Below, in pieces: positions 12,301 through 26,676 of a DNA stretch of 64,000 bases. The notes beneath the pieces were generated by a model. It was given only the letters and a program-made list of their open reading frames with translations. It had not been told where the DNA came from and did not search any database. Within the stretch, counting starts at the first letter, position 1. Each line of letters begins with the position of its first letter. A program made the position numbers and the translations under genes. The stretch is from Auanema rhodensis (lineage: Eukaryota; Animalia; Nematoda), in the NCBI GenBank assembly GCA_964057225.1, contig OZ059898.1:3658001-3722000 (forward strand), in the 5' to 3' direction.

Positions 12301-15300
12301 TGCACCGAGATATCAAATGATATAGGTTCACACTTATATCCTCGATTTTCACCCTGAAGAATTAATTTTTTCGTTGAATAACAATGTCCATCGTCTTTGT
12401 CTTGAAAAAAGGAATGTAAAAACATCTACTTTTTGCTAAATTATCTGGAAATTTTTCGGGAAAATTTTTGTCAAAATGTTTTTGGAACCAATTTTGAGTG
12501 TACATGGAAACTCAACATACAGTAATGCATCATTTTTCAAACGATCATAACTAATTTTTGTATTGAGCTTTTCTCAGTGTAGTATAGTGCATTCGATGCG
12601 GATTTTTAAGCTGCGTCGATCTGTGTTATTAGATTTGGGCTAGCTCGAAAATGCACCGAGATATCAACTGATATAGGTTCACACTTATATCCTCGATTTT
12701 CACCCTGAAGAATTAATTTTTTCGTTGAATAACAATGTCCATCGTCTTTGTCTTGGAAAAAGGAATCTAAAAACATCTACTTTTTGTGAAATTATTCGGA
12801 AATTTTTCGGGAAAATTTTTGTCAAAATGTTTTTGGAAGCAATTTTGAGTGTACATGGAAACTCAACATACAGTAATGCATCATTTTTCAAACGATCATA
12901 ACTAATTTTTGTATTGAGCTTTTCTCAGTGTAGTATAGTGCATTCGATGCGGATTTTTAAGCTGCGTCGATCTCTGTTATCAGATTTGCGCTAGCTTGAA
13001 AATACACCGAGATATCAAATGATATAGGTTCACACTTATATCCTCGATTTTCACCCTGAAGAATCAATTTTTTCGTTGAATAACAATGTCCATCGTCTTT
13101 GTCTTGAAAAAAGAAATGTAAAAACATCTACTTTTTGCTAAATTATCTGGAAATTTTTCGGGAAAATTTTTGTCAAAATGTTTTTGGAAGCAATTTTGAG
13201 TGTACATGGAAACTCAACATACAGTAATGCATCATTTTTCAAACGATCATAACTAATTTTTGTATCGAGCTTTTCTCAATATAGTATAGTGCATTCGATG
13301 CGGATTTTTAAGCTGCGTCGATCTCTGTTATCAGATTTGCGCTAGCTTGAAAATGCACCGAGATATCAAATGATATAGGTTCACACTTATATCCTCGATT
13401 TTCACCCTAAAGAATTAATTTTTTCGTTGAATAACAATGTCCATCGTCTTTGTCTTGAAAAAAGGAATGTAAAAACATCTACTTTTTGCTAAATTATCTG
13501 GAAATTTTTCGGGAAAATTTTTGTCAAAATGTTTTTGGAACCAATTTTGAGTGTACATGGAAACTCAACATACAGTAATGCATCATTTTTCAAACGATCA
13601 TAACTAATTTTTGTATTGAGCTTTTCTCAGTGTAGTATAGTGCATTCGATGCGGATTTTTAAGCTGCGTCGATCTCTGTTATCAGATTTGCGCTAGCTTG
13701 AAAATGCACCGAGATATCAAATGATATAGGTTCACACTTATATCCTCGATTTTCACCCTGAAGAATTAATTTTTTCGTTGAATAACAATGTCCATCGTCT
13801 TTGTCTTGAAAAAAGGAATGTAAAAACATCTACTTTTTGCTAAATTATCTGGAAATTTTTCGGGAAAATTTTTGTCAAAATGTTTTTGGAACCAATTTTG
13901 AGTGTACATGGAAACTCAACATAAAGTAATGCATCATTTTTTAAACGATCATAACTAATTTTTGTATTGAGCTTTTCTCAGTGTAGTATAGTGCATTCGA
14001 TGCGGATTTTTAAGCTGCGTCGATCTGTGTTATTAGATTTGGGCTAGCTCGAAAATGCACCGAGATATCAACTGATATAAGTTTACACTTTTATCCTCGA
14101 TTTTCACCCTAAAGAATTAATTTTTTCGTTGAATAACAATGTCCATCGTCTTTGTCTTGAAAAAAGGAATGTAAAAACATCTACTTTTTGCTAAATTATC
14201 TGGAAATTTTTCGGGAAAATTTTTGTCAAAATGTTTTTGGAACCAATTTTGAGTGTACATGGAAACTCAACATACAGTAATGCATCATTTTTTAAACGAT
14301 CATAACTAATTTTTGTATTGAGCTTTTCTCAGTGTAGTATAGTGCATTCGATGCGGATTTTTAAGCTGCGTCGATCTCTGTTATCAGATTTGCGCTAGCT
14401 TGAAAATACACCGAGATATCAAATGATATAGGTTCACACTTATATCCTCGATTTTCACCCTGAAGAATCAATTTTTTCGTTGAATAACAATGTCCATCGT
14501 CTTTGTCTTGAAAAAAGGAATCTAAAAACATCTACTTTTTGCTAAATTATCTGGAAATTTTTCGGGAAAATTTTTGTCAAAATGTTTTTGGAACCAATTT
14601 TGAGTGTACATGGAAACTCAACATACAGTAATGCATCATTTTTCAAACGATCATAACTAATTTTTGTATTGAGCTTTTCTCAGTGTAGTATAGTGCATTC
14701 GATGCGGATTTTTAAGCTGCGTCGATCTCTGTTATCAGATTTGCGCTAGCTTGAAAATGCACCGAGATATCAACTGATATAAGTTTACACTTATATCCTC
14801 GATTTTCACCCTAAACAATTAATTTTTTCGTTGAATAACAATGTCCATCGTCTTTGTCTTGAAAAAAGGAATGTAAAAACATCTACTTTTTGCTAAATTA
14901 TCTGGAAATTTTTCGGGAAAATTTTTGTCAAAATGTTTTTGGAACCAATTTTGAGTGTACATGGAAACTCAACATACAGTAATGCATCATTTTTTAAACG
15001 ATCATAACTAATTTTTGTATTGAGCTTTTCTCAGTGTAGTATAGTGCATTCGATGCGGATTTTTAAGCTGCGTCGATCTCTGTTATCAGATTTGCGCTAG
15101 CTTGAAAATACACCGAGATATCAAATGATATAGGTTCACACTTATATCCTCGATTTTCACCCTGAAGAATCAATTTTTTCGTTGAATAACAATGTCCATC
15201 GTCTTTGTCTTGAAAAAAGGAATCTAAAAACATCTACTTTTTGCTAAATTATCTGGAAATTTTTCGGGAAAATTTTTGTCAAAATGTTTTTGGAACCAAT

Positions 15301-18300
15301 TTTGAGTGTACATGGAAACTCAACATACAGTAATGCATCATTTTTCAAACGATCATAACTAATTTTTGTATTGAGCTTTTCTCAGTGTAGTATAGTGCAT
15401 TCGATGCGGATTTTTAAGCTGCGTCGATCTCTGTTATCAGATTTGCGCTAGCTTGAAAATGCACCGAGATATCAACTGATATAAGTTTACACTTATATCC
15501 TCGATTTTCACCCTAAAGAATTAATTTTTTCGTTGAATAACAATGTCCATCGTCTTTGTCTTGAAAAAAGGAATGTAAAAACATCTACTTTTTGCTAAAT
15601 TATCTGGAAATTTTTCGGGAAAATTTTTGTCAAAATGTTTTTGGAACCAATTTTGAGTGTACATGGAAACTCAACATACAGTAATGCATCATTTTTTAAA
15701 CGATCATAACTAATTTTTGTATTGAGCTTTTCTCAGTGTAGTATAGTGCATTCGATGCGGATTTTTAAGCTGCGTCGATCTCTGTTATCAGATTTGCGCT
15801 AGCTTGAAAATACACCGAGATATCAAATGATATAGGTTCACACTTATATCCTCGATTTTCACCCTGAAGAATCAATTTTTTCGTTGAATAACAATGTCCA
15901 TCGTCTTTGTCTTGAAAAAAGGAATCTAAAAACATCTACTTTTTGCTAAATTATCTGGAAATTTTTCGGGAAAATTTTTGTCAAAATGTTTTTGGAACCA
16001 ATTTTGAGTGTACATGGAAACTCAACATACAGTAATGCATCATTTTTCAAACGATCATAACTAATTTTTGTATTGAGCTTTTCTCAGTGTAGTATAGTGC
16101 ATTCGATGCGGATTTTTAAGCTGCGTCGATCTCTGTTATCAGATTTGCGCTAGCTTGAAAATGCACCGAGATATCAACTGATATAAGTTTACACTTATAT
16201 CCTCGATTTTCACCCTAAAGAATTAATTTTTTCGTTGAATAACAATGTCCATCGTCTTTGTCTTGAAAAAAGGAATGTAAAAACATCTACTTTTTGCTAA
16301 ATTATCTGGAAATTTTTCGGGAAAATTTTTGTCAAAATGTTTTTGGAACCAATTTTGAGTGTACATGGAAACTCAACATACAGTAATGCATCATTTTTTA
16401 AACGATCATAACTAATTTTTGTATTGAGCTTTTTTCAGTGTAGTATAGTGCATTCGATGCGGATTTTTAAGCTGCGTCGATCTCTGTTATCAGATTTGCG
16501 CTAGCTTGAAAATACACCGAGATATCAAATGATATAGGTTCACACTTATATCCTCGATTTTCACCCTGAAGAATCAATTTTTTCGTTGAATAACAATGTC
16601 CATCGTCTTTGTCTTGAAAAAAGGAATCTAAAAACATCTACTTTTTGCTAAATTATCTGGAAATTTTTCGGGAAAATTTTTGTCAAAATGTTTTTGGAAC
16701 CAATTTTGAGTGTACATGGAAACTCAACATACAGTAATGCATCATTTTTCAAACGATCATAACTAATTTTTGTATTGAGCTTTTCTCAGTGTAGTATAGT
16801 GCATTCGATGCGGATTTTTAAGCTGCGTCGATCTCTGTTATCAGATTTGCGCTAGCTTGAAAATGCACCGAGATATCAACTGATATAGGTTCACACTTAT
16901 ATCCTCGATTTTCACCCTGAAGAATTAATTTTTTCGTTGAATAACAATGTCCATCGTCTTTGTCTTGAAAAAAGGAATGTAAAAACATCTACTTTTTGCT
17001 AAATTATCTGGAAATTTTTCGGGAAAATTTTTGTCAAAATGTTTTTGGAACTAATTTTGAGTGTACATGGAAACTCAACATACAGTAATGCATCATTTTT
17101 CAAACGATCATAACTAATTTTTGTATTGAGCTTTTCTCAATGTAATATAGTGCATTCGATGCGGATTTTTAAGCTGCGTCGATCTGTGTTATTAGATTTG
17201 CGCTAGCTCGAAAATGCACCGAGATATCAACTGATATATGTTCACACTTATATCCTCGATTTTCACCCTGAAGAATTAATTTTTTCGTTGAATAACAATG
17301 TCCATCGTCTTTGTCTTGAAAAAAGGAATCTAAAAACATCTACTTTTTGCTAAATTATCTGGAAATTTTTCGGGAAAATTTTTGTCAAAATGTTTTTGGA
17401 AGCAATGTTGAGTGTACATGGAAACTCAACATACACTAATGCATCATTTTTCAAACGATCATAACTAGTTTTTGTATTAAGCGTTTTTCAATGTAGTAGA
17501 GTGCATTCGATGCGGATTTTTAAGCTGCGTCGATCTTTGTTATCAGATTTGCGCTAGCTTGAAAATGCACCGAGATATCAACTGATATAGGTTCACACTT
17601 ATATCCTCGATTTTCACCCTGAAGAATTAATTTTTTCGTTGAATAACAATGTCCATCGTCTTTGTCTTGAAAAAAGGAATCTAAAAACATCTACTTTTTG
17701 CTAAATTATCTGGAAATTTTTCGGGAAAATTTTTGTCAAAATGTTTTTGGAAGCAATGTTGAGTGTACATGGAAACTCAACATACACTAATGCATCATTT
17801 TTCAAACGATCATAACTAGTTTTTGTATTAAGCGTTTTTCAATGTAGTATAGTGCATTCGATGCGGATTTTTAAGCTGCGTCGATCTCTGTTATCAGATT
17901 TGCGCTAGCTTGAAAATGCACCGAGATATCAACTGATATAAGTTTACACTTATATCCTCGATTTTCACCCTAAAGAATTAATTTTTTCGTTGAATAACAA
18001 TGTCCATCGTCTTTGTCTTGAAAAAAGGAATGTAAAAACATCTACTTTTTGCTAAATTATCTGGAAATTTTTCGGGAAAATTTTTGTCAAAATGTTTTTG
18101 GAACCAATTTTGAGTGTACATGGAAACTCAACATACAGTAATGCATCATTTTTTAAACGATCATAACTAATTTTTGTATTGAGCTTTTCTCAGTGTAGTA
18201 TAGTGCATTCGATGCGGATTTTTAAGCTGCGTCGATCTCTGTTATCAGATTTGCGCTAGCTTGAAAATACACCGAGATATCAAATGATATAGGTTCACAC

Positions 18301-20007
18301 TTATATCCTCGATTTTCACCCTGAAGAATCAATTTTTTCGTTGAATAACAATGTCCATCGTCTTTGTCTTGAAAAAAGGAATCTAAAAACATCTACTTTT
18401 TGCTAAATTATCTGGAAATTTTTCGGGAAAATTTTTGTCAAAATGTTTTTGGAACCAATTTTGAGTGTACATGGAAACTCAACATACAGTAATGCATCAT
18501 TTTTCAAACGATCATAACTAATTTTTGTATTGAGCTTTTCTCAGTGTAGTATAGTGCATTCGATGCGGATTTTTAAGCTGCGTCGATCTCTGTTATCAGA
18601 TTTGCGCTAGCTTGAAAATGCACCGAGATATCAACTGATATAAGTTTACACTTATATCCTCGATTTTCACCCTAAAGAATTAATTTTTTCGTTGAATAAC
18701 AATGTCCATCGTCTTTGTCTTGAAAAAAGGAATGTAAAAACATCTACTTTTTGCTAAATTATCTGGAAATTTTTCGGGAAAATTTTTGTCAAAATGTTTT
18801 TGGAACCAATTTTGAGTGTACATGGAAACTCAACATACAGTAATGCATCATTTTTTAAACGATCATAACTAATTTTTGTATTGAGCTTTTTTCAGTGTAG
18901 TATAGTGCATTCGATGCGGATTTTTAAGCTGCGTCGATCTCTGTTATCAGATTTGCGCTAGCTTGAAAATACACCGAGATATCAAATGATATAGGTTCAC
19001 ACTTATATCCTCGATTTTCACCCTGAAGAATCAATTTTTTCGTTGAATAACAATGTCCATCGTCTTTGTCTTGAAAAAAGGAATCTAAAAACATCTACTT
19101 TTTGCTAAATTATCTGGAAATTTTTCGGGAAAATTTTTGTCAAAATGTTTTTGGAACCAATTTTGAGTGTACATGGAAACTCAACATACAGTAATGCATC
19201 ATTTTTCAAACGATCATAACTAATTTTTGTATTGAGCTTTTCTCAGTGTAGTATAGTGCATTCGATGCGGATTTTTAAGCTGCGTCGATCTCTGTTATCA
19301 GATTTGCGCTAGCTTGAAAATGCACCGAGATATCAACTGATATAGGTTCACACTTATATCCTCGATTTTCACCCTGAAGAATTAATTTTTTCGTTGAATA
19401 ACAATGTCCATCGTCTTTGTCTTGAAAAAAGGAATGTAAAAACATCTACTTTTTGCTAAATTATCTGGAAATTTTTCGGGAAAATTTTTGTCAAAATGTT
19501 TTTGGAACTAATTTTGAGTGTACATGGAAACTCAACATACAGTAATGCATCATTTTTCAAACGATCATAACTAATTTTTGTATTGAGCTTTTCTCAATGT
19601 AATATAGTGCATTCGATGCGGATTTTTAAGCTGCGTCGATCTGTGTTATTAGATTTGCGCTAGCTCGAAAATGCACCGAGATATCAACTGATATATGTTC
19701 ACACTTATATCCTCGATTTTCACCCTGAAGAATTAATTTTTTCGTTGAATAACAATGTCCATCGTCTTTGTCTTGAAAAAAGGAATCTAAAAACATCTAC
19801 TTTTTGCTAAATTATCTGGAAATTTTTCGGGAAAATTTTTGTCAAAATGTTTTTGGAAGCAATGTTGAGTGTACATGGAAACTCAACATACACTAATGCA
19901 TCATTTTTCAAACGATCATAACTAGTTTTTGTATTAAGCGTTTTTCAATGTAGTAGAGTGCATTCGATGCGGATTTTTAAGCTGCGTCGATCTTTGTTAT
20001 CAGATTT

Positions 20008-22507
20008 GCGCTAGCTTAAAAATGCACCGAGATATCAACTGCTATAAGTTCACACTTATATCCTCGATTTTCACCCTGAAGAAATAATTTTTTCGTTGAA
20101 TAACATTGTCCATCGTCTTTGCCTTGAAAAAAGGAATTTAAAAACATCTACTTTTTGCTAAATTATTTTGAAATTTTTCGAAAAAATTTTTGTCAAAATG
20201 TTTTTGGAAGCAATGTTGAGTGTACATGGAAACTCAACATACCCTAATGCATCATTTTTCAAACGATCATAACTAATTTTTGTTTCAAGCGTTTCTCAAT
20301 GTAGTATAGTGCATTCGATGCGGATTGTTAAGCTGCGTCGATCTGTGTGATCAGATTTGCGCTAGCTTAAAAATGCACCGAGATATCAACTGATATAAGT
20401 TTACACTTATATCCTCGATTTTCACCCTAAAGAATTAATTTTTTCGTTGAATAACATTGTCTATCGTCTTTGCCTTGAAAAATGGAATCTAAAAACATTT
20501 ACTTTTTGCTAAATTTATTTGAAATTTTTAGAAAAAATTTTTGTCAAAATGTTTTTGGAAGCAATGTTGAGTGTACATGGAAACTCAACATACCCTAATG
20601 CATCATTTTTCAAACGATCATAACTAATTTTTGTTTCAAGCGTTTCTCAATGTAGTATAGTGCATTCGATGCGGATTTTTAAGCTGCGTCGATCTGTGTT
20701 ATCAGATTTGCGCTAGCTTAAAAATGCACCGAGATATCAACTGATATAAGTTTACACTTATATCCTCGATTTTCACCCTAAAGAATTAATTTTTTCGTTG
20801 AATAACATTGTCTATCGTCTTTGCCTTGAAAAATGGAATCTAAAAACATTTACTTTTTGCTAAATTTATTTGAAATTTTTAGAAAAAATTTTTGTCAAAA
20901 TGTTTTTGGAAGCAATGTTGAGTGTACATGGAAACTCAACATACACTAATGCATCATTTTTCAAACGATCATAACTAATTTTTGTATTAAGCGTTTCTCA
21001 ATGTAGTATAGTGCATTCGATGCGGATTTTTAAGCTGCGTCGATCTGTGTGATCAGATTTGCGCTAGCTTAAAAATGCACCGAGATATCAACTGATATAA
21101 GTTCACACTTATATCCTCGATTTTCACCCTAAAGAATTAATTTTTTCGTTGAATAACATTGTCTATCGTCTTTGCCTTGAAAAATGGAATCTAAAAACAT
21201 CTACTTTTTGCTAAATTTATTTGAAATTTTTCGAAAAAATTTTTGTCAAAATGTTTTTGGAAGCAATGTTGAGTGTACATGGAAACTCAACATACACTAA
21301 TGCATCATTTTTCAAACGATCATAACTAATTTTTGTATCAAGCGTTTCTCAATGTAGTATAGTGCATTCGATGCGGATTTTTAAGCTGCGTCGATCTGTG
21401 TGTTCAGATTTGCGCTAGCTTAAAAATGCACCGAGATATCAACTGATATAAGTTCACACTTATATCCTCGATTTTCACCCTAAAGAATTAATTTTTTCGT
21501 TGAATAACATTGTCTATCGTCTTTGCCTTGAAAAATGGAATCTAAAAACATCTACTTTTTGCTAAATTATTTTGAAATTTTTCGAAAAAATTTTTGTCAA
21601 AATGTTTTTGGAAGCAATGTTGAGTGTACATGGAAACTCAACATACACTAATGCATCATTTTTCAAACGATCATAACTAATTTTTGTATCAAGCGTTTCT
21701 CAATGTAGTATAGTGCATTCGATGCGGATTTTTAAGCTGCGTCGATCTGTGTGTTCAGATTTGCGCTAGCTTAAAAATGCACCGAGATATCAACTGATAT
21801 AAGTTCACACTTATATCCTCGATTTTCACCCTGAAGGAATAATTTTTTCGTTGAATAACATTGTCCATTGTCTTTGCCTTGAAAAAAAAAATCTAAAAAC
21901 ATCTACTTTTTGCTAAATTATTTTGAAATTTTTCGAAAAAATTTTTGTCAAAATGTTTTTGGAAGCAATGTTGAGTGTACATGGAAACTCAACATACACT
22001 AATGCATCATTTTTCAAACGATCATAACTAATTTTTGTATTAAGCGTTTCTCAATGTAGTATAGTGCATTCGATGCGGATTTTTAAGCTGCGTCGATCTG
22101 TGTGTTCAGATTTGCGCTAGCTTAAAAATGCACCGAGATATCAACTGATATAAGTTCACACTTATATCCTCGATTTTCACCCTGAAGGAATAATTTTTTC
22201 GTTGAATAACATTGTCCATCGTCTTTGCCTTGAAAAAAAGAATCTAAAAACATCTACTTTTTGCTAAATTATTTTGAAATTTTTCGAAAAAATTTTTGTC
22301 AAAATGTTTTTGGAAGCAATGTTGAGTGTACATGGAAACTCAACATACACTAATGCATCATTTTTCAAACGATCATAACTAATTTTTGTATCAAGCGTTT
22401 CTCAATGTAGTATAGTGCATTCGATGCGGATTTTTAAGCTGCGTCGATCTGTGTGTTCAGATTTGCGCTAGCTTAAAAATGCACCGAGATATCAACTGAT
22501 ATAAGTT
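20008..22507. repeat. Subfamily B block 1 (includes B' monomers with GTCTATCG/AATGGAATC, 20359-21762)
   Basis: CTTAAAAATG, GATATAAGT, AACATTGT, GCCTTG, TTCGAAAAAA, GCAATGTT, AAGCGTTTCTCAATG. Confidence 0.9.
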
Positions 22508-24104
22508 TACACTTATATCCTCGATTTTCACCCTAAAGAATTAATTTTTTCGTTGAATAACAATGTCCATCGTCTTTGTCTTGAAAAAAGGAATGTAAAA
22601 ACATCTACTTTTTGCTAAATTATCTGGAAATTTTTCGGGAAAATTTTTGTCAAAATGTTTTTGGAACCAATTTTGAGTGTACATGGAAACTCAACATACA
22701 GTAATGCATCATTTTTTAAACGATCATAACTAATTTTTGTATTGAGCTTTTTTCAGTGTAGTATAGTGCATTCGATGCGGATTTTTAAGCTGCGTCGATC
22801 TCTGTTATCAGATTTGCGCTAGCTTGAAAATACACCGAGATATCAAATGATATAGGTTCACACTTATATCCTCGATTTTCACCCTGAAGAATCAATTTTT
22901 TCGTTGAATAACAATGTCCATCGTCTTTGTCTTGAAAAAAGGAATCTAAAAACATCTACTTTTTGCTAAATTATCTGGAAATTTTTCGGGAAAATTTTTG
23001 TCAAAATGTTTTTGGAACCAATTTTGAGTGTACATGGAAACTCAACATACAGTAATGCATCATTTTTCAAACGATCATAACTAATTTTTGTATTGAGCTT
23101 TTCTCAGTGTAGTATAGTGCATTCGATGCGGATTTTTAAGCTGCGTCGATCTGTGTTATCAGATTTGCGCTAGCTTGAAAATGCACCGAGATATCAAATG
23201 ATATAGGTTCACACTTATATCCTCGATTTTCACCCTGAAGAATTAATTTTTTCGTTGAATAACAATGTCCATCGTCTTTGTCTTGAAAAAAGGAATGTAA
23301 AAACATCTACTTTTTGCTAAATTATCTGGAAATTTTTCGGGAAAATTTTTGTCAAAATGTTTTTGGAACCAATTTTGAGTGTACATGGAAACTCAACATA
23401 CAGTAATGCATCATTTTTCAAACGATCATAACTAATTTTTGTATTGAGCTTTTCTCAGTGTAGTATAGTGCATTCGATGCGGATTTTTAAGCTGCGTCGA
23501 TCTGTGTTATTAGATTTGGGCTAGCTCGAAAATGCACCGAGATATCAACTGATATAGGTTCACACTTATATCCTCGATTTTCACCCTGAAGAATTAATTT
23601 TTTCGTTGAATAACAATGTCCATCGTCTTTGTCTTGAAAAAAGGAATGTAAAAACATCTACTTTTTGCTAAATTATCTGGAAATTTTTCGGGAAAATTTT
23701 TGTCAAAATGTTTTTGGAACCAATTTTGAGTGTACATGGAAACTCAACATACAGTAATGCATCATTTTTCAAACGATCATAACTAATTTTTGTATTGAGC
23801 TTTTCTCAGTGTAGTATAGTGCATTCGATGCGGATTTTTAAGCTGCGTCGATCTGTGTTATTAGATTTGGGCTAGCTCGAAAATGCACCGAGATATCAAC
23901 TGATATAGGTTCACACTTATATCCTCGATTTTCACCCTGAAGAATTAATTTTTTCGTTGAATAACAATGTCCATCGTCTTTGTCTTGAAAAAAGGAATGT
24001 AAAAACATCTACTTTTTGCTAAATTATCTGGAAATTTTTCGGGAAAATTTTTGTCAAAATGTTTTTGGAACCAATTTTGAGTGTACATGGAAACTCAACA
24101 TACA

Positions 24105-25316
24105 CTAATGCATCATTTTTCAAACGATCATAACTAATTTTTGTATCAAGCGTTTCTCAATGTAGTATAGTGCATTCGATGCGGATTTTTAAGCTGCGTC
24201 GATCTGTGTGTTCAGATTTGCGCTAGCTTAAAAATGCACCGAGATATCAAATGATATAGGTTCACACTTATATCCTCGATTTTCACCCTGAAGAATTAAT
24301 TTTTTCGTTGAATAACAATGTCCATCGTCTTTGTCTTGAAAAAAGGAATCTAAAAACATCTACTTTTTGCTAAATTATTTTGAAATTTTTCGAAAAAATT
24401 TTTGTCAAAATGTTTTTGGAAGCAATGTTGAGTGTACATGGAAACTCAACATACACTAATGCATCATTTTTCAAACGATCATAACTAATTTTTGTATCAA
24501 GCGTTTCTCAATGTAGTATAGTGCATTCGATGCGGATTTTTAAGCTGCGTCGATCTGTGTGTTCAGATTTGCGCTAGCTTAAAAATGCACCGAGATATCA
24601 ACTGATATAAGTTCACACTTATATCCTCGATTTTCACCCTGAAGGAATAATTTTTTCGTTGAATAACATTGTCCATTGTCTTTGCCTTGAAAAAAAAAAT
24701 CTAAAAACATCTACTTTTTGCTAAATTATTTTGAAATTTTTCGAAAAAATTTTTGTCAAAATGTTTTTGGAAGCAATGTTGAGTGTACATGGAAACTCAA
24801 CATACACTAATGCATCATTTTTCAAACGATCATAACTAATTTTTGTATTAAGCGTTTCTCAATGTAGTATAGTGCATTCGATGCGGATTTTTAAGCTGCG
24901 TCGATCTGTGTGTTCAGATTTGCGCTAGCTTAAAAATGCACCGAGATATCAACTGATATAAGTTCACACTTATATCCTCGATTTTCACCCTGAAGGAATA
25001 ATTTTTTCGTTGAATAACATTGTCCATCGTCTTTGCCTTGAAAAAAAGAATCTAAAAACATCTACTTTTTGCTAAATTATTTTGAAATTTTTCGAAAAAA
25101 TTTTTGTCAAAATGTTTTTGGAAGCAATGTTGAGTGTACATGGAAACTCAACATACACTAATGCATCATTTTTCAAACGATCATAACTAATTTTTGTATC
25201 AAGCGTTTCTCAATGTAGTATAGTGCATTCGATGCGGATTTTTAAGCTGCGTCGATCTGTGTGTTCAGATTTGCGCTAGCTTAAAAATGCACCGAGATAT
25301 CAACTGATATAAGTTT
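24105..25316. repeat. Short subfamily B block (largely a copy of ~21550-22507 at +2808)
   Basis: Shares the rare GTCCATTGTC and GAAAAAAAAAATCT variants at 24671 vs 21863. Confidence 0.85.
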
Positions 25317-26676
25317 ACACTTATATCCTCGATTTTCACCCTAAAGAATTAATTTTTTCGTTGAATAACAATGTCCATCGTCTTTGTCTTGAAAAAAGGA
25401 ATGTAAAAACATCTACTTTTTGCTAAATTATCTGGAAATTTTTCGGGAAAATTTTTGTCAAAATGTTTTTGGAACCAATTTTGAGTGTACATGGAAACTC
25501 AACATACAGTAATGCATCATTTTTTAAACGATCATAACTAATTTTTGTATTGAGCTTTTTTCAGTGTAGTATAGTGCATTCGATGCGGATTTTTAAGCTG
25601 CGTCGATCTCTGTTATCAGATTTGCGCTAGCTTGAAAATACACCGAGATATCAAATGATATAGGTTCACACTTATATCCTCGATTTTCACCCTGAAGAAT
25701 CAATTTTTTCGTTGAATAACAATGTCCATCGTCTTTGTCTTGAAAAAAGGAATCTAAAAACATCTACTTTTTGCTAAATTATCTGGAAATTTTTCGGGAA
25801 AATTTTTGTCAAAATGTTTTTGGAACCAATTTTGAGTGTACATGGAAACTCAACATACAGTAATGCATCATTTTTCAAACGATCATAACTAATTTTTGTA
25901 TTGAGCTTTTCTCAGTGTAGTATAGTGCATTCGATGCGGATTTTTAAGCTGCGTCGATCTCTGTTATCAGATTTGCGCTAGCTTGAAAATGCACCGAGAT
26001 ATCAACTGATATAGGTTCACACTTATATCCTCGATTTTCACCCTGAAGAATTAATTTTTTCGTTGAATAACAATGTCCATCGTCTTTGTCTTGAAAAAAG
26101 GAATGTAAAAACATCTACTTTTTGCTAAATTATCTGGAAATTTTTCGGGAAAATTTTTGTCAAAATGTTTTTGGAACTAATTTTGAGTGTACATGGAAAC
26201 TCAACATACAGTAATGCATCATTTTTCAAACGATCATAACTAATTTTTGTATTGAGCTTTTCTCAATGTAATATAGTGCATTCGATGCGGATTTTTAAGC
26301 TGCGTCGATCTTTGTTATTAGATTTGCGCTAGCTCGAAAATGCACCGAGATATCAACTGATATATGTTCACACTTATATCCTCGATTTTCACCCTGAAGA
26401 ATTAATTTTTTCGTTGAATAACAATGTCCATCGTCTTTGTCTTGAAAAAAGGAATCTAAAAACATCTACTTTTTGCTAAATTATCTGGAAATTTTTCGGG
26501 AAAATTTTTGTCAAAATGTTTTTGGAAGCAATGTTGAGTGTACATGGAAACTCAACATACACTAATGCATCATTTTTCAAACGATCATAACTAGTTTTTG
26601 TATTAAGCGTTTTTCAATGTAGTAGAGTGCATTCGATGCGGATTTTTAAGCTGCGTCGATCTTTGTTATCAGATTT

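Larger units (their letters stand above)
1..19656. repeat. Subfamily A block (A1/A2), with two A/B hybrid monomers at ~17200-17900
   Basis: Diagnostic TTCGGGAAAA, AACAATGTCC, GTCTTG, ATACAGTAAT, TTGAGCTTTT throughout. B-type right halves (GCAATGTT, ATACACTAAT, TTAAGCGT) at 17400-17500 and 17750-17850. Confidence 0.9.
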
